Made by a program: the position numbers and the translations under genes. Below the pieces are notes generated by a model, which made no database searches, had not been told where the DNA came from, and worked only from the letters and a program-made list of their open reading frames with translations. A DNA stretch of 64,000 nucleotides from Lingula anatina. Lineage: Eukaryota; Animalia; Brachiopoda. The DNA lies in assembly GCA_051362555.1 (NCBI GenBank), contig CM120649.1:19482567-19546566 (forward strand), given 5' to 3'. Shown piece by piece: positions 39,423 through 51,120 of this stretch; position 1 is the first letter of the stretch; each line of letters begins with the position of its first letter.

Positions 39423-39986
39423 GCGATTTTAGGCTCTCACAAGTATCACCAGGCATTCTGCAAAACCTTTCCCAACGCAGTAAAGATGTCGACCATCACC
39501 GATTTTTACCCATTTGAAAAACCTGGTGAAATAAAATGGTTTGAAGACAGAGGATGCCAGGTGAAACGAATCTCTGCGCCAAAGGGATCAATAGTCATCT
39601 GGGATTCGCGCACCGTTCACGCGAATATCCGGCCAATCAAAGGCCGCCAACACCCTGGTAGGTGGCGCTATGTTACAATGGTTTCCATGACGCCCGCTGC
39701 ATGGGCAACGCAAGCCGATCTGGAGTCCAGGAGAGAGGCGTACAACAATCTAAAGATGACGACACACTGGTCCTCCCAAGACGTCAATGTATTGGGGGAA
39801 TACGATATCAATCAAGTGAACACAGTCACTGAGCTTCCTAGTAACGCGAGATCTCGTGAAGCGCGCCTCCTTGCTGGAGACTTGGAGTATGATTTCGAGG
39901 ACGGTGAAAGCAATGGGCCAGGAAAACCTAAATGGAATACAGGACGCACAGAAGGGGGGTGGTTTAGTTGGTGCAATATTATATGA
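39423..39986 (+). CDS. PhyH-like dioxygenase B, exon 4 (distal His; C-terminal CNII)
   Basis: AILGSHKYH...APKGSIVIWDSRTVHAN...RWRYVTMVSM...WFSWCNII-stop; spliced CDS 1020 nt = 339 aa. Confidence 0.92.
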   Translation, partial: AILGSHKYHQAFCKTFPNAVKMSTITDFYPFEKPGEIKWFEDRGCQVKRISAPKGSIVIWDSRTVHANIRPIKGRQHPGRWRYVTMVSMTPAAWATQADLESRREAYNNLKMTTHWSSQDVNVLGEYDINQVNTVTELPSNARSREARLLAGDLEYDFEDGESNGPGKPKWNTGRTEGGWFSWCNII

Positions 39987-40837
39987 TCTACAATGTACTA
40001 AATATGCATGTTATCATGTGACCAGACTTATAAAGAAATCAAATTTTAGACCAAAACATTTGAAAAATTATTGTGCAAAATGATTTAATTGGCCAGTTAT
40101 TGGCTGTCATGATCAGTCAACTGCATGTAAGTACACAGTATTTTTTCTAGTCCCATATATCATATCAGTAGCCAATTTAAAGTTTTTTTTTTGATTTGAT
40201 TAATCTTGTGTAACGAAACTGAGGGTCCGTGTAACAGAAAAGCCACCCTCCATATACTGGTAGTGATAAGGGTTAGGGTGATCTAACTGGGTCAAAATTT
40301 AGGGCGAGGCTTACCTATACATATGAATGGAAAGCGGATTCTCTATTATGGGGTACAATTTTCCAGATTGAGAATGCAACATTACTTTATGACGGATGTG
40401 TGGCGTGGTCATTGCCGCGATTTTGGAATTTGACGTAATGCCAACGGCTTTTTTCATGATAAAAAATCATCGTGTGAGGTAGAAATGTGCGTGTCTTAAA
40501 GAAAAATATATGTCAGATCTAAAGTAATTCTTGTTGGTTTAACTATTGAATCAGTCCTTATAGGCCCTAATCGGCCAGGGGAGGTTAAAGACTAGAACAC
40601 TGTGCAGTGCATAAGGGGGGCCAGCGTACAACTTTTTTATGCGACAGAGATAAATGGGCAATTCAAAGGTTTTTAAAGATGGTTTTAATATCATCTTTTT
40701 AGCATGAAATTTGTAGATGAGTGAATCCATAAAAACACGCGGACTCCTTGTAAACTTTTAACAACTTGGTTCCACCATATATATAGGGGGCCTATATTGC
40801 ATCTTGTATCAATTTATGAACTACCCCTCCTGCCAAT

Positions 40838-41011
40838 GGGGGCGTCTCGATAGTCCGAAGGTTCATTGGTCCGAAGGTTCATTGGTCCGAAAAGTGGTAA
40901 CATTTTCATCGATTTTTTACTTAAGGGTTCATTGGTCCGAAGGTTCTAGAGTGAACATTCGGACCAATGAACCTTCGGACTATTGAACCTTCGGACTATC
41001 GCTACGGCCCC
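40838..41011. mobile_element. Foldback MITE with 16-bp internal repeats and an 8-9-bp TSD
   Basis: CTGCCAAT direct repeat on both sides; arms CGATAGTCCGAAGGTTCA(TTGGTCCGAAGGTTCA)n / TGAACCTTCGGACTATCG. Confidence 0.85.
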
Positions 41012-41466
41012 CTGCCAATTACGCGACAAATTACTTTAAACACTGTGTAAGGCTCGACTTGTCACGTATGGTGACAATTCATTTAAAGTCGCTGCATCTA
41101 GGGAATGGAGTTTATTGCCACTTTTAGACCAACTATGTAGAATAGACTCTCCAGATTCTTCTTTGATAATAGCATAAAAATGGTATACAAATAACGTTGC
41201 AGGAGTAATTTTTGACGAGAGACGAAACTTTTTTGGTCCCGCTCAGTAGTGGATTGCTACTGCTGATCACGGTCACATCTCATAGGTAGAATTTTCCAAG
41301 GGCACGTTTTTACTCGCGTTTGATCGGCATCAATAAATGTCGCGCGTTAGCGTGTATCTGTACAAACCACATGGCGCGTCAGCTCAGTAGTTGTTAGTGG
41401 ACGCAAGAGGTGAAGAAAAACATTAAATAAATCGTACAATACAAGTAGAAGTAGCAGTGGACTGCC

Positions 41467-41668
41467 ATGCCTGCTCCGGGACAATTTCAGAAGTGCGGTT
41501 GGGGAGTATTCGGCTTGGAAAGCTGGCAACCCTTGGATAAAACCGCTTCAAATTCGGCCCAAGTTCAGCAGAGTCGATGTTCCGATCCTTCGGGGCCCTC
41601 CGCCACGGCCGCTGAACCACACGCAGGAAGAGGAGATCACGAAGAGGAGCCGCCAAATGGCAGTAGAG
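41467..41668 (+). CDS. SH3 + zinc-finger protein, exon 1 (low-complexity N-terminus)
   Basis: GCCATG start in a CpG-rich region; AGA G|GTAGGG phase-1 donor is compatible with exon 2. Confidence 0.65.
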
Positions 41669-41822
41669 GTAGGGTAACATTGTTAAATACCACAATGTAG
41701 AAGTGGAACAAGGTGCATGAACGTAATCTCATCCTTGTTGCTTTTAACTTTTCTTAGGGGGTAATATTACACTATTTAGTGTCGATGAGCAAAACCTTTG
41801 CCTGATGTTATTTAGTTTCAAA

Positions 41823-42261
41823 GGCTGTATTCCCAGAGCTTTTAGATCGATCTATCCCCGCGGGGAGTCTCACTAGATTACTGTCAGATAATCTGGCTTA
41901 AACATCCGGCTTAAACGTACTACAAACTGTAAGGGGGTAATTAACTTTTGTGTCCGCTCGGCTGACAGCTATTTAGCATGAACCCCCAGGGAGTTAGGTC
42001 GATCTAAAGTAGATCGATGTAATCTCTGGAAATGGGGTCTAACTAAGGCTGTATTCCCAGAGCTTTTAGATCGATCTATCCCCGCGGGGAGTCTCACTAG
42101 ATTACTGTCAGATAATCCGGCTTAAATGTCTGTCCTGCCTACTACAAGCTGTAGGAGGATAATTAACTTTCATGTCCGCCCGGCTGACAGCTATTTAGCG
42201 TGAACCCCCAGGGAGTTAGGTCGATCTAAAGTAGATCTATCTAATCTCTGGAAATGGGGTC
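41823..42261 (+). mobile_element. Two tandem MITE family A copies (41823-42039, 42047-42261)
   Basis: Direct tandem separated by TAACTAA; second copy flanked by TAA/TAA; located in intron 1 of the SH3-ZnF gene. Confidence 0.9.
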
Positions 42262-42347
42262 TAAGAATAATTCCTTTTTATCATCCTATCTAGAGACCAT
42301 GAAAAACCTCTTTCATAGTAGAGTATAATAATATATTTTTTCTTCAG

Positions 42348-42544
42348 AGCAACCAACAGGCAAGAAACTGCTGGCCAAGTACAGCTATAAGGCTGCTGAA
42401 GCCAGTCCTCTAGGACAGCCAGAACTGAGCGTCACTCAGGGAGAGCAACTGTTCCTGGTGGAGAAACATGGGACAGAGGAGCACTGGTGGCTAGTGAGGA
42501 ATGGAGAGGGTCAGACGGGATATGTGCCTGCTTCTTATATGATG
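42348..42544 (+). CDS. SH3 + zinc-finger protein, exon 2 (SH3 domain)
   Basis: LLAKYSYKAAEASPLGQPELSVTQGEQLFLVEKHGTEEHWWLVRNGEGQTGYVPASY carries the canonical SH3 motifs; TTCAG acceptor, ATG|GTGAGT donor. Confidence 0.9.
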
Positions 42545-42819
42545 GTGAGTCAAGTCCAATGTCTGGTGTACATGAAAAATTCTGTCACATCTAACACACT
42601 CTTATATAACATATTGTCACACCTAACACACTGTCACACTTGACACACTAGCACAATGTCTCTGCTGATGGTAAGTCACATGCAGGTAAAACTGCCCTAC
42701 ACTTAGAAAAGCATTTGGTTCAGGACCTGGAAATATTCATTTTAAACTGTATCAACTTTTAAAATAATCCTTTCATGGGGAGGTAACATTTGATAAAAGA
42801 TATATTTGTTTGTTGACAG

Positions 42820-42892
42820 GTGCTGGATGATATGCCAACCTCGTTGCCATGGCTACAGAATAGGGCAGTTAAACAACCGACAACAGCTCCTG
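42820..42892 (+). CDS. SH3 + zinc-finger protein, exon 3 (alternative donor possible at 42919)
   Basis: GACAG|VLDDMPTSLPWLQNRAVKQPTTAP; exon 4 requires a phase-1 donor. Confidence 0.7.
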
Positions 42893-43351
42893 GTAATAGA
42901 GAGTTTCATCAAAAAAGCAGTATGGTAGTTCACATAATGTGCAGTGAAGGAGTGAATAAAGAGATAAATATATTAACAAATAGATACACTTGAATTAAAG
43001 TACTCAAAACCCAGGGAATACAGACCTCAGCCAAGACAAGTAATTATCTACCAAATGACCATTAATTACTTGATGGATCATCACCATCTAGTCACTTTTA
43101 AGTAAGCACATTTCTGAAAAATTTTCAAAACCTGTGCATAAATTTTTGCATAATGTAACACTCAGACAAACTAAGGGAACCGAAAACAACCGGGGGTAAC
43201 AAATGAAAAGATGAAGTTTTAATAAGAAACCATATCAGATTGATTATCATCGCTTGACCAATCAGCACATACAAGATATAGAGAACTCCTGGAAATCTTA
43301 AAGATTTTATTTATCAAGTAAAACAAAATCTCCATCCTCTCTCTCTCTCAG

Positions 43352-43542
43352 GTCCCTACAAGCCATATGTGTCCGCCTATGCCAAGTCCAGTCCGGACTC
43401 TGCGAGCCAGGGAAGTGACCAGTACTACTGTAAGGTCTGTGATAAACAGTTAAATGGACCCAAGCCTTACAGTGCCCACATGAACAGTAGGGACCACAGG
43501 GAAAATGTGGAGTACTATGGAGAAGATGGACCTGGATACTGA
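43352..43542 (+). CDS. SH3 + zinc-finger protein, exon 4 (U1/matrin-type C2H2 finger, stop)
   Basis: YYCKVCDKQLNGPKPYSAHMNSRDH = C-x2-C-x12-H-x5-H; polypyrimidine CAG acceptor; TGA at 43540-43542. Confidence 0.85.
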
Positions 43543-43678
43543 ATGTGGTTTTAGTGGTTGTTTATATGTAACCATAGGAAAATGTGGAGTACTATGGAGA
43601 AGATGGACCTGGATACTGAATATGGTTTTAGTGGTTGTTTATGTGTAACCATAGGGAAAAAGTGAAATACTATGGAAG
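43493..43678. repeat. ~77-bp tandem repeat (~2.4 copies) spanning the SH3-ZnF stop codon
   Basis: GGAAAATGTGGAGTACTATGGAGAAGATGGACCTGGATACTGAAT.TGGTTTTAGTGGTTGTTTAT.TGTAACCATAGG repeated. Confidence 0.9.
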
Positions 43679-44517
43679 AGGTAGAATTTTGTTCTAGTTT
43701 TTTTTTAAAGCAAAGTGCCAAAGCAGCAAGCCCACTGCTGACCTTGTGGGATACTAATACTATAGAGAATATTGAATTAGATAACTAGTATTATTTGGTT
43801 TTTCTTTAAGCAAAGTGCCAATGCAGCAAACTCACTGCAGAAATGTGGAATACTTCAGGAAATTACCTGGACACAAGACCTTGTTTATGTTGTTCTTAAC
43901 AAAAAAATAAATATTTAGCATTGTTGTTGAAAGAATAAAGTGGAGAACACTTGTTCTGGAAACTCTTTGATGATGTGTTGTTTGGATGGGTAATTTGATA
44001 TTTTTTATAGTTTTGGTATTACTACAGATAAAGAGGATATACTTTAACATTTTCTTGTGTGTGAGAAATGTAAACTAATTTGTTTCTGTTGTTGAAAAAG
44101 AGAAAAAAATTTAACGCCCACATTTAATGATAAAGTGATTCACAAAACGAGCTGTTTATGTTGAAATCCTAAATAATTTCCTGCTATCAAACAACAATAC
44201 CCCCCCCCCCAAAAAAAAAAAAAAAAAAAAAAGGTTCTACTCCGTCCAGACATGCTATTAACAATGTTTAGTGGGTTTTGAAGAAGAATAAAATAAGAAT
44301 ATCTATTCTGGCTCGTTATTTATTACACAAGAAAAGTCCATGCCTGTAGAATGTGTTACTCTGTGCAAGTTTTTAAAGTGCACTACACTTCGAAATGAGA
44401 GTTGATTAACATAGCTTTTCCTAGTCCAAAATGTAATGATTAGCACCTATAATCCTAGCAGTGACATATATGTATATATATATATTTTTTTCTTTTTTTT
44501 TTTTTAAGTGTACTTTC

Positions 44518-44687
44518 TCAGATCTTCAAACGTTCCACATTTTCATCAGAAAAATTAATGAACAGTTTGGTACAGACAGCCGAGGAAAGATTCATGTGGT
44601 TGGGAGCCTTGGCCAGCTTTGACCATTGGTCAGTAGGGAGATCATACACCCAAATCTCGTCCTCCGCCGCGCTGTAATGCTCTCTCC
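44518..44687 (-). CDS. Kelch-like protein, last exon
   Basis: G|GG AGA GAG CAT = GREHYSAAEDEIWVYDLPTDQWSKL...stop; spliced CDS 1749 nt = 582 aa. Confidence 0.9.
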
Positions 44688-45032
44688 CTGAAATCAGACT
44701 TGATAATGTAAACAATAGTTATAAATAATGAAACTTGTACTGGAGAATTTTAAACGGTTGACTTACCAAGAAATGAAATTGTGTATGATCATTTTGAAGA
44801 ATGTTATCGGCAAGCCTACACCAAATTTATAAAACGGTTAAAGAGCGGAACACACCCTCACACTGACACATTGAGGAATCAGAATTGAACACATATGATA
44901 TGCACACAAAACTACTTGTATTAATTAAACTATCATCTTCAGGAGCAATTTAAAGAAAGTGCTTCACTTGCTGATTTTAGAAACCTTATTTTTTTGTCCA
45001 GTGATCTGGATAAAGAAATTATGTCAGCATAC

Positions 45033-46269
45033 CTATGGAGTAGATCTTTCCTTCCATAGCTATGTAGTGACCTATAGATCGTCCAGAGAATGTGTGGGCA
45101 AGAAGTGTCCACTGCTCTGTCTGAATATCGTAACACTCAATGGGGGTCTGTCCAGTATTTGAGACGCCATGACGGGTTATCCCGCCCAGAACAAAGATCT
45201 TCCTGTCGATGGCCACCATGTCATGCAGTCGTCGCGCATAGAAAATTCCAGGTTTGGATTCCCACGTGCGCGTCGTGAGATCAAAACTGGCAAATGTGTT
45301 GACAGGCTGTCTATCCGTGCTGGACACACCCCCTGAGATGTAGATTTTATCATCAGTGACGGTGGCTGCATGGGAGTGGGTGGGCTCCAGAAGGGGGATC
45401 TCGTCTGTCCACATGTTGGTGTTTACATCATAACACTCCACTGAGTCCAGCACAAACAGATTCTCGCTGCCTCCTCCCAGCACGTATAACTTATGACCTA
45501 TTGCAACGAGAGCAGAGTCTAACCTCAGCCTCTTCATTGGGGAGAGCTCCTGGACCTGCAAATGGCGGGGATCAAAGCGACACAAGGAGTTCATCAGTGT
45601 TCCACCCCCAAAATCTACAATACGACAAATGTATATGAAGTTATCAATGACGGCCACTCGACAGTCACAGCTACCACTGGTGTTACTGAACAACTTGTAG
45701 AACAGTCCACGCTCATGGTTGAACGCCGTCACCTGGAATGGGCGAAATGCTGAACCTTGGTGAATAACCACTAGGCTCTTTTTCGTTGTACGAATTTCAG
45801 AACGTTCGTTAATCACAGGCTGGCGACAGCAGACATCGAGGCCATATTTGAGGCCTTCGATGACATACTGAGTGACCCTAGTGTTGGTCCGCATTAGGTA
45901 GTCCTCCCGCGCTTTTTGCAACTGAGGCTGTGTCATTAACGCAAAATGTATATGACTCATGATTTTCTCAGCGTGCTGAAAGCGTGCTTTATCATGGTGT
46001 AGCCATTGATTGACTAGCTCATACAGACGGAATTCCGATGATATCTTTAGCGCATCGCTCGAGATGTACTGTATCAGTTTCTTAGCATCAAGGTTGATGA
46101 AACTTTCAGTTTTACTGAATGCCTCAAAATTGTCCAGAATATGGACGTCAAAGTGGTCCGTGACTTTGTTCAGAGAATAGACGTCTGCTATCTGGAGAAG
46201 TTCATCCGCATTTTCAAAGTTCAACTTGGACTGGATGAAGTCACAGCACAGGTCTAATGCTCTGTTGAC
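45033..46269 (-). CDS. Kelch-like protein, exon 3 (BACK + Kelch repeats)
   Basis: Overlaps ORF 45019-46224: SEFRLYELVNQWLHHD, RFDPR, LYVLGG...VECYD...W, IYISGG, IFVLGG. The RFDPR motif suggests the KLHL9/13/26/36 group. Confidence 0.95.
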
Positions 46270-46495
46270 CTGGAATGAATAAAATATTGTTGCATTATTG
46301 TGACAAGGGTATGTCCCCTGTATCTCTAAACCTGCTTGTCACCCTATTAGGATATAATTTAACAGGAATGATTTCCACTGAAGCTGCACTTTTCTGCAAA
46401 TACTTCTATGGCACATATTCTGATCATCTTTCGATTTCACTTAAACTATTCTTAAATAATTTTACATAAAAAAGCTACCATGGTTCATGCTTTAC

Positions 46496-46702
46496 CTGTA
46501 AATGACTAGCTGCATTCAAAACCTCTGTCAAATTGTCAAAGTTCAAGATTATTTCTCCACAGTACATGAAGTCTATGATCTGCTGGAGGGAGTCAGCTGT
46601 CATCCCCTTTAATTCCACAGAGTTCTCATTGCTCTCACGCATGTGACCAGTGAACATGACACGGAAGTAGTCGCTGGCAGCTGCCAGGAGGGCCCTGTGA
46701 AC
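46496..46702 (-). CDS. Kelch-like protein, exon 2 (BTB core)
   Basis: [18 protein letters not shown]...IIDFMYCG...VLNAASHLQ; 207 nt, phase 0-0. Confidence 0.95.
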
Positions 46703-47026
46703 CTGGACAAAGGACGAACAGTGATATGTGTATTGCATTAGTGTAAAATATTTGTTTTTATTTCTAACATTGTAGACACCATTGATTAATAGATATTTTC
46801 CAGTGCCATTTGTTTACACTACTTCTGAGTTGCCAACTATACTCTTCTTATAAAAAAAAAAGAAAAAACAACAAAAACAAAAAATCAGCTTTTGTCATTA
46901 AGAACCATTCTGTTGCCGATAAATTGTCAAAATATTTTAAACAATAATAAAGAAAGCTAGACATTTGCTATCAACCCCTTTGTCAACTCCAACACTGAAG
47001 TAAATCTTCAATATTAACTGTATCAC

Positions 47027-47161
47027 CTTAAACTCTCGGTCCTCAGCACGTATTGTGAAATCACACAACTGTTCATCTTTCCTCAGCAGATTCAGACTTT
47101 GAATGGTGGCGTCCCCGTAGCCTGGGTCCCGTACTGCCAGATCGCTGTCCTGCTCCGCCAT
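47027..47161 (-). CDS. Kelch-like (BTB-BACK-Kelch) protein, coding exon 1
   Basis: MAEQDSD...LNLLRKDEQLCDFTIRAEDREFK|GTGATA, the start of a BTB domain. Confidence 0.9.
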
Positions 47162-50100
47162 ATTGGGATGACCTTCTCAAGATCAGCTATAACATCTGTT
47201 TTTTACTTTGTCGGGGGGCCTTCATGACATCTGGGGCCTTCCACATATAGCAGTACGTAACGGTTTCTGAAAATAGTGAACTCGGTCAGTGTGTGAAAAT
47301 TAGGCAACGTACTACGTATACATGTGTTTACAATCCACGAGTGCAACGTTGAAGGGCTGCGGCGAAGCTGAACCAAAACATTGAAAGGAAAGACTGTACC
47401 GTTAATTTCCGGGAGAGTTCAAAGCACTCCTTTTACGAATGCTACTCAGTGGTCGACGTCTGTGCCTAAATACTCACTTTAAGTCAGCAAAACACCGGTC
47501 CTTGGAAGCTTCGTACAGTAGCAACATTCTCTCCTGGCCATGGCCGGAAGTGAGGGGAAGTGAAGGGGGGGGTTACCAGAATGCTTTGCGGCTTAGACAA
47601 ACGAAATGTGGTAGAGAAGACCAAGAGACTTGGAGTGTTTTCAGGCGAAGCGAAATTTCTTTTAATAAAGATAATTATCGTAAAATGATAAACTTCATGA
47701 TAATTATAACAAACTCGAATGCAAGAAAAATTCTGCACGAAAAAAACAAAAAATTATTTAATGAAAAGAAAATCAAAATTTCACATGCTGAATAAAGACT
47801 CACCCAAAAAAGTTATTTTGAGTAAATTATGAAATAACCATATTAGCTTAGATAAATATTTTGACCAAACATTGGTGGATAATGCACCCAACATTCATTA
47901 CATTTTATATTCACTGAAGATTTTCCCACTCAAATACATATTTTTTTTATCACTGAAATACAACATGTTTCCGAATTTTTTTTGGTAGAATGTATAGAAG
48001 TGAATAGGCCGTCTCTAGTACTAGGATATTGCATTATGAAAAATAACAAAAATGAGAGCGCAGACACTGTACAACATTATAATTTATTACACAATAGTAA
48101 ATGACATATTTACAATACTGCACTGCCCTTCTTTCTTGATCAGTCTCGATCTCACGTCCACAAATAGAACAAAACTTTAGCATGTACACAATAAACATAT
48201 GCTAAACAGAGATAAGACAGATGTCAATCAAGGATTTTTTAGTTTTTTGTGGGTACAACCGCTCACCCTTAGATGATAAACCTACATTTTACTACTAAAA
48301 TTACCTTTGAAGCAACTGATAGCCACTTCCACTTGAAAAAATTAATGTGTCATTATTCATGATTAACTTATAATTTAAGAAAGGATTTTTATAAAATTGA
48401 ATACATTTCAACACCTCCAGGTGTCACTCCCAACGCAATCTGCCAGTGTTGTCACATCTAACACATTCTGTTTGATCCAAAACATTTGGAGATAACGAGT
48501 GAAAGGACCACTATAATAAATGGTACAGTAGGAGAATTGATGGAGAACCTGTGTGAAAACATATCCATAAGGAACAACACTGATTACTTTATCTAGTGAA
48601 TCATCCATACCTTTTGAATATTAACAATGCAAGTATAATATCAGAGATAAGTTTTGGGAAATAACCAATATTTGTAGGTACATAAATTATGATGATCAAC
48701 AACACAAAAAGAGACTGAATATTTACTTGTTGTAAGTGTTATATACTTCTTAATTCACTTGACTTAACCTGTCTAGGCAAAGCCATTTTACAAGTTTTCA
48801 GATGTTACATTATCTGTAAATGTCATACTCGATACTACCATAAATGGTGATAACTAAGCTGGTCACAGGTGCACTGTACCAATGGCAACTTATGTCACAA
48901 CTGCACTGTACCACTGAAACAAAATGTCACAACTGTGATGGACTACTACATAACTACATCTACAACAGAGTCAGATTCCCATCAAGCAACTAGCTTTTAT
49001 TGCTTAAAATTAATGAACTTATAATCAGAAGTATGGCAACATATGATGATAGGATTCAAATGAATAACTGAAAACCTGAATGCAAAATAATTTACACTCA
49101 GACAAAGATGCAATTATATTTCAGTTTAGACTTCAGCAGGAGGCCAACACTAGGTTTTGGAACGCCCTCAAGCTGTCATAGATAGAAAGCAGGCTAATAT
49201 ATACATATCATACAAATTAATTTAATCATGCAAGTATAATGGACTTACCTAATGAGGGTAATACTATGTGTCTGTGTTATCGGTAGAAGTGTTGAAATAT
49301 TTTACAATTAATGCAGAAAAAATCACTATAAACATGCTAAATCTTATCTGGACAGTCCATTTCCGTTGTTAGTAAATTGCTGAATACAACAAATCAGTCT
49401 CAGTCCTACAGCCAACATTCTTAGAAGGCCTTCAAAGGAAATATACTGCAACTACCTCCTCTTTTGTCAATATTGTTATTATAGACATATTCCAGTGGAT
49501 ATCATCTTACTTAGGCCAAACCCACTTTTGACACGTTTTTCACTGCCACACCCTCGGGGCAATATCTTAACTTTTCTTGAAGTGTTTATCCATTCACATT
49601 ACTGACTGAAGAAAGGCTTAATTACTGTACTTTTCAATAAGCAAGCAATCATTTTAAGAGTAGTTCTAATATTGATGACAAGAATCATATCACTGGCCTA
49701 TATATCAAGAGACAAGTTTGTTATTTACAGAAAATAATCGAAGATATCCTTATAAATTAATATTTGATTATGGCATAAAATTACATGCAGTTGGTTAAGG
49801 GCAGCCTATATTGCCTTGGCTTTGGTTTAAGTTTGAAGAAAGCAGGCTAAGTCCACCACTTTGAAAGGAAAATAATGTTTATAATAGTATTATTGAATAC
49901 TGAACATAGTCAATTGAGGGCAGAATCCCACTTTCTCTCAACTATAGATGGAGCTAGTTACCAAGACAGGCAGATGGCAATAATAGCCAAGGTAAGATCT
50001 AAACTAAAGTCTTACAGTAAAGCTTATCTGTGCGTGGGAGTTTTAACAGCTATATCACAGACTCTCACCAATATTCAGAAGTGAAAGATATGTTGGCCTA

Positions 50101-50984
50101 CTATCATATTGTGCCATTCACTGTTCTTCTAATACCATACATATCTATGGAAGTCGTTGCCACATTTACAAATATAACACAACGCGGCCTTTACAACAAG
50201 GACACAGTCTTCAAGACAACACCACAAGAGGACAGCACATGCTTTATATTTGTTATGGATAAAAGTCTCTTTCAGCATTTTCCATGAACGTGTCAGCATT
50301 AAATGTGCAACAGCGTTGTTTTTATTGTGACATCAGAGAATCCCATGGCAAAAAGCAGCTTCTGCAAACCTTCATGACACTGCGGCTGTGTAAAATGTGC
50401 CAATTCAAAATTCAACCAACATGCAACCAGTTAACATGTACTTTAGTGTTGGTACTCCTAACACAATCTTCCAGTGTTGTCACATCTAACACATTCTGAT
50501 AGTGTTGTCACACCTAACACAATCTTCCAGTGTTGTCACATCTAACACATTTCAATAGTGTTGTCACATCTAACACATTCAGTACAATTCAGTCTAATAC
50601 ACTTGGGGCTAAAGCAACAAGAAGTAACAATAACCATCTTCTGCTTGGTGGAACCTCCACCCTTGTCCTTCACTGTGATGCCATCAACAATCTATATCCC
50701 ATTATTATCCTCTTCTAACAGAATGACTGCGCTTTCAACAGAATCCAAACCACACAAGATACTTCAGGATACAACAATGAGTACATTACGATACTAATGT
50801 CGTTATTACTTCCAACAACACACTGAAGAAGACTTTCTGTTGGAGGCACGTTTGGTCCAGGTTGTTGTATTTGCGTATTGAGTAACTGTTGAGCTGTTTC
50901 ATCAGATCAAAAGCAGACATTCAGCAGTAAACGTGTGGTCAGACCTGGGGTCTGTGGCGCAATGGTTAGTCCAATACCGGCCCG

Positions 50985-51120
50985 CTAACTGAAGCCGAAC
51001 ACCTCCACAACCTTGCAGTGGAAATCTCCGTCTTCGCACAAAGGTTCATTTTCAAAGGTGTTACATCGTTCTGTCCGACCCTGGAAAAGATTTTCATCAA
51101 GCTGGATTCCCTCGCCATCT
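50985..51120 (-). CDS. TBC1D24: TBC1D24 last coding exon (end of TLDc)
   Basis: DGEGIQLDENLFQGRTERCNTFENEPLCEDGDFHCKVVEVFGFS-stop. Confidence 0.93.

Noticed and set aside
45090-45753. Antisense and alternative-frame ORFs over the Kelch exon (likewise 34235-34522 and 9343-9543)
   Set aside because: Shadow ORFs of real coding exons.
47439-47795. 118-aa plus-strand ORF upstream of the Kelch gene
   Set aside because: Overlaps the probable promoter and 5' UTR exon of the Kelch gene (GTGAGT donor near 47477, CCGGAAGT ETS site); A-rich tail and no domain features.
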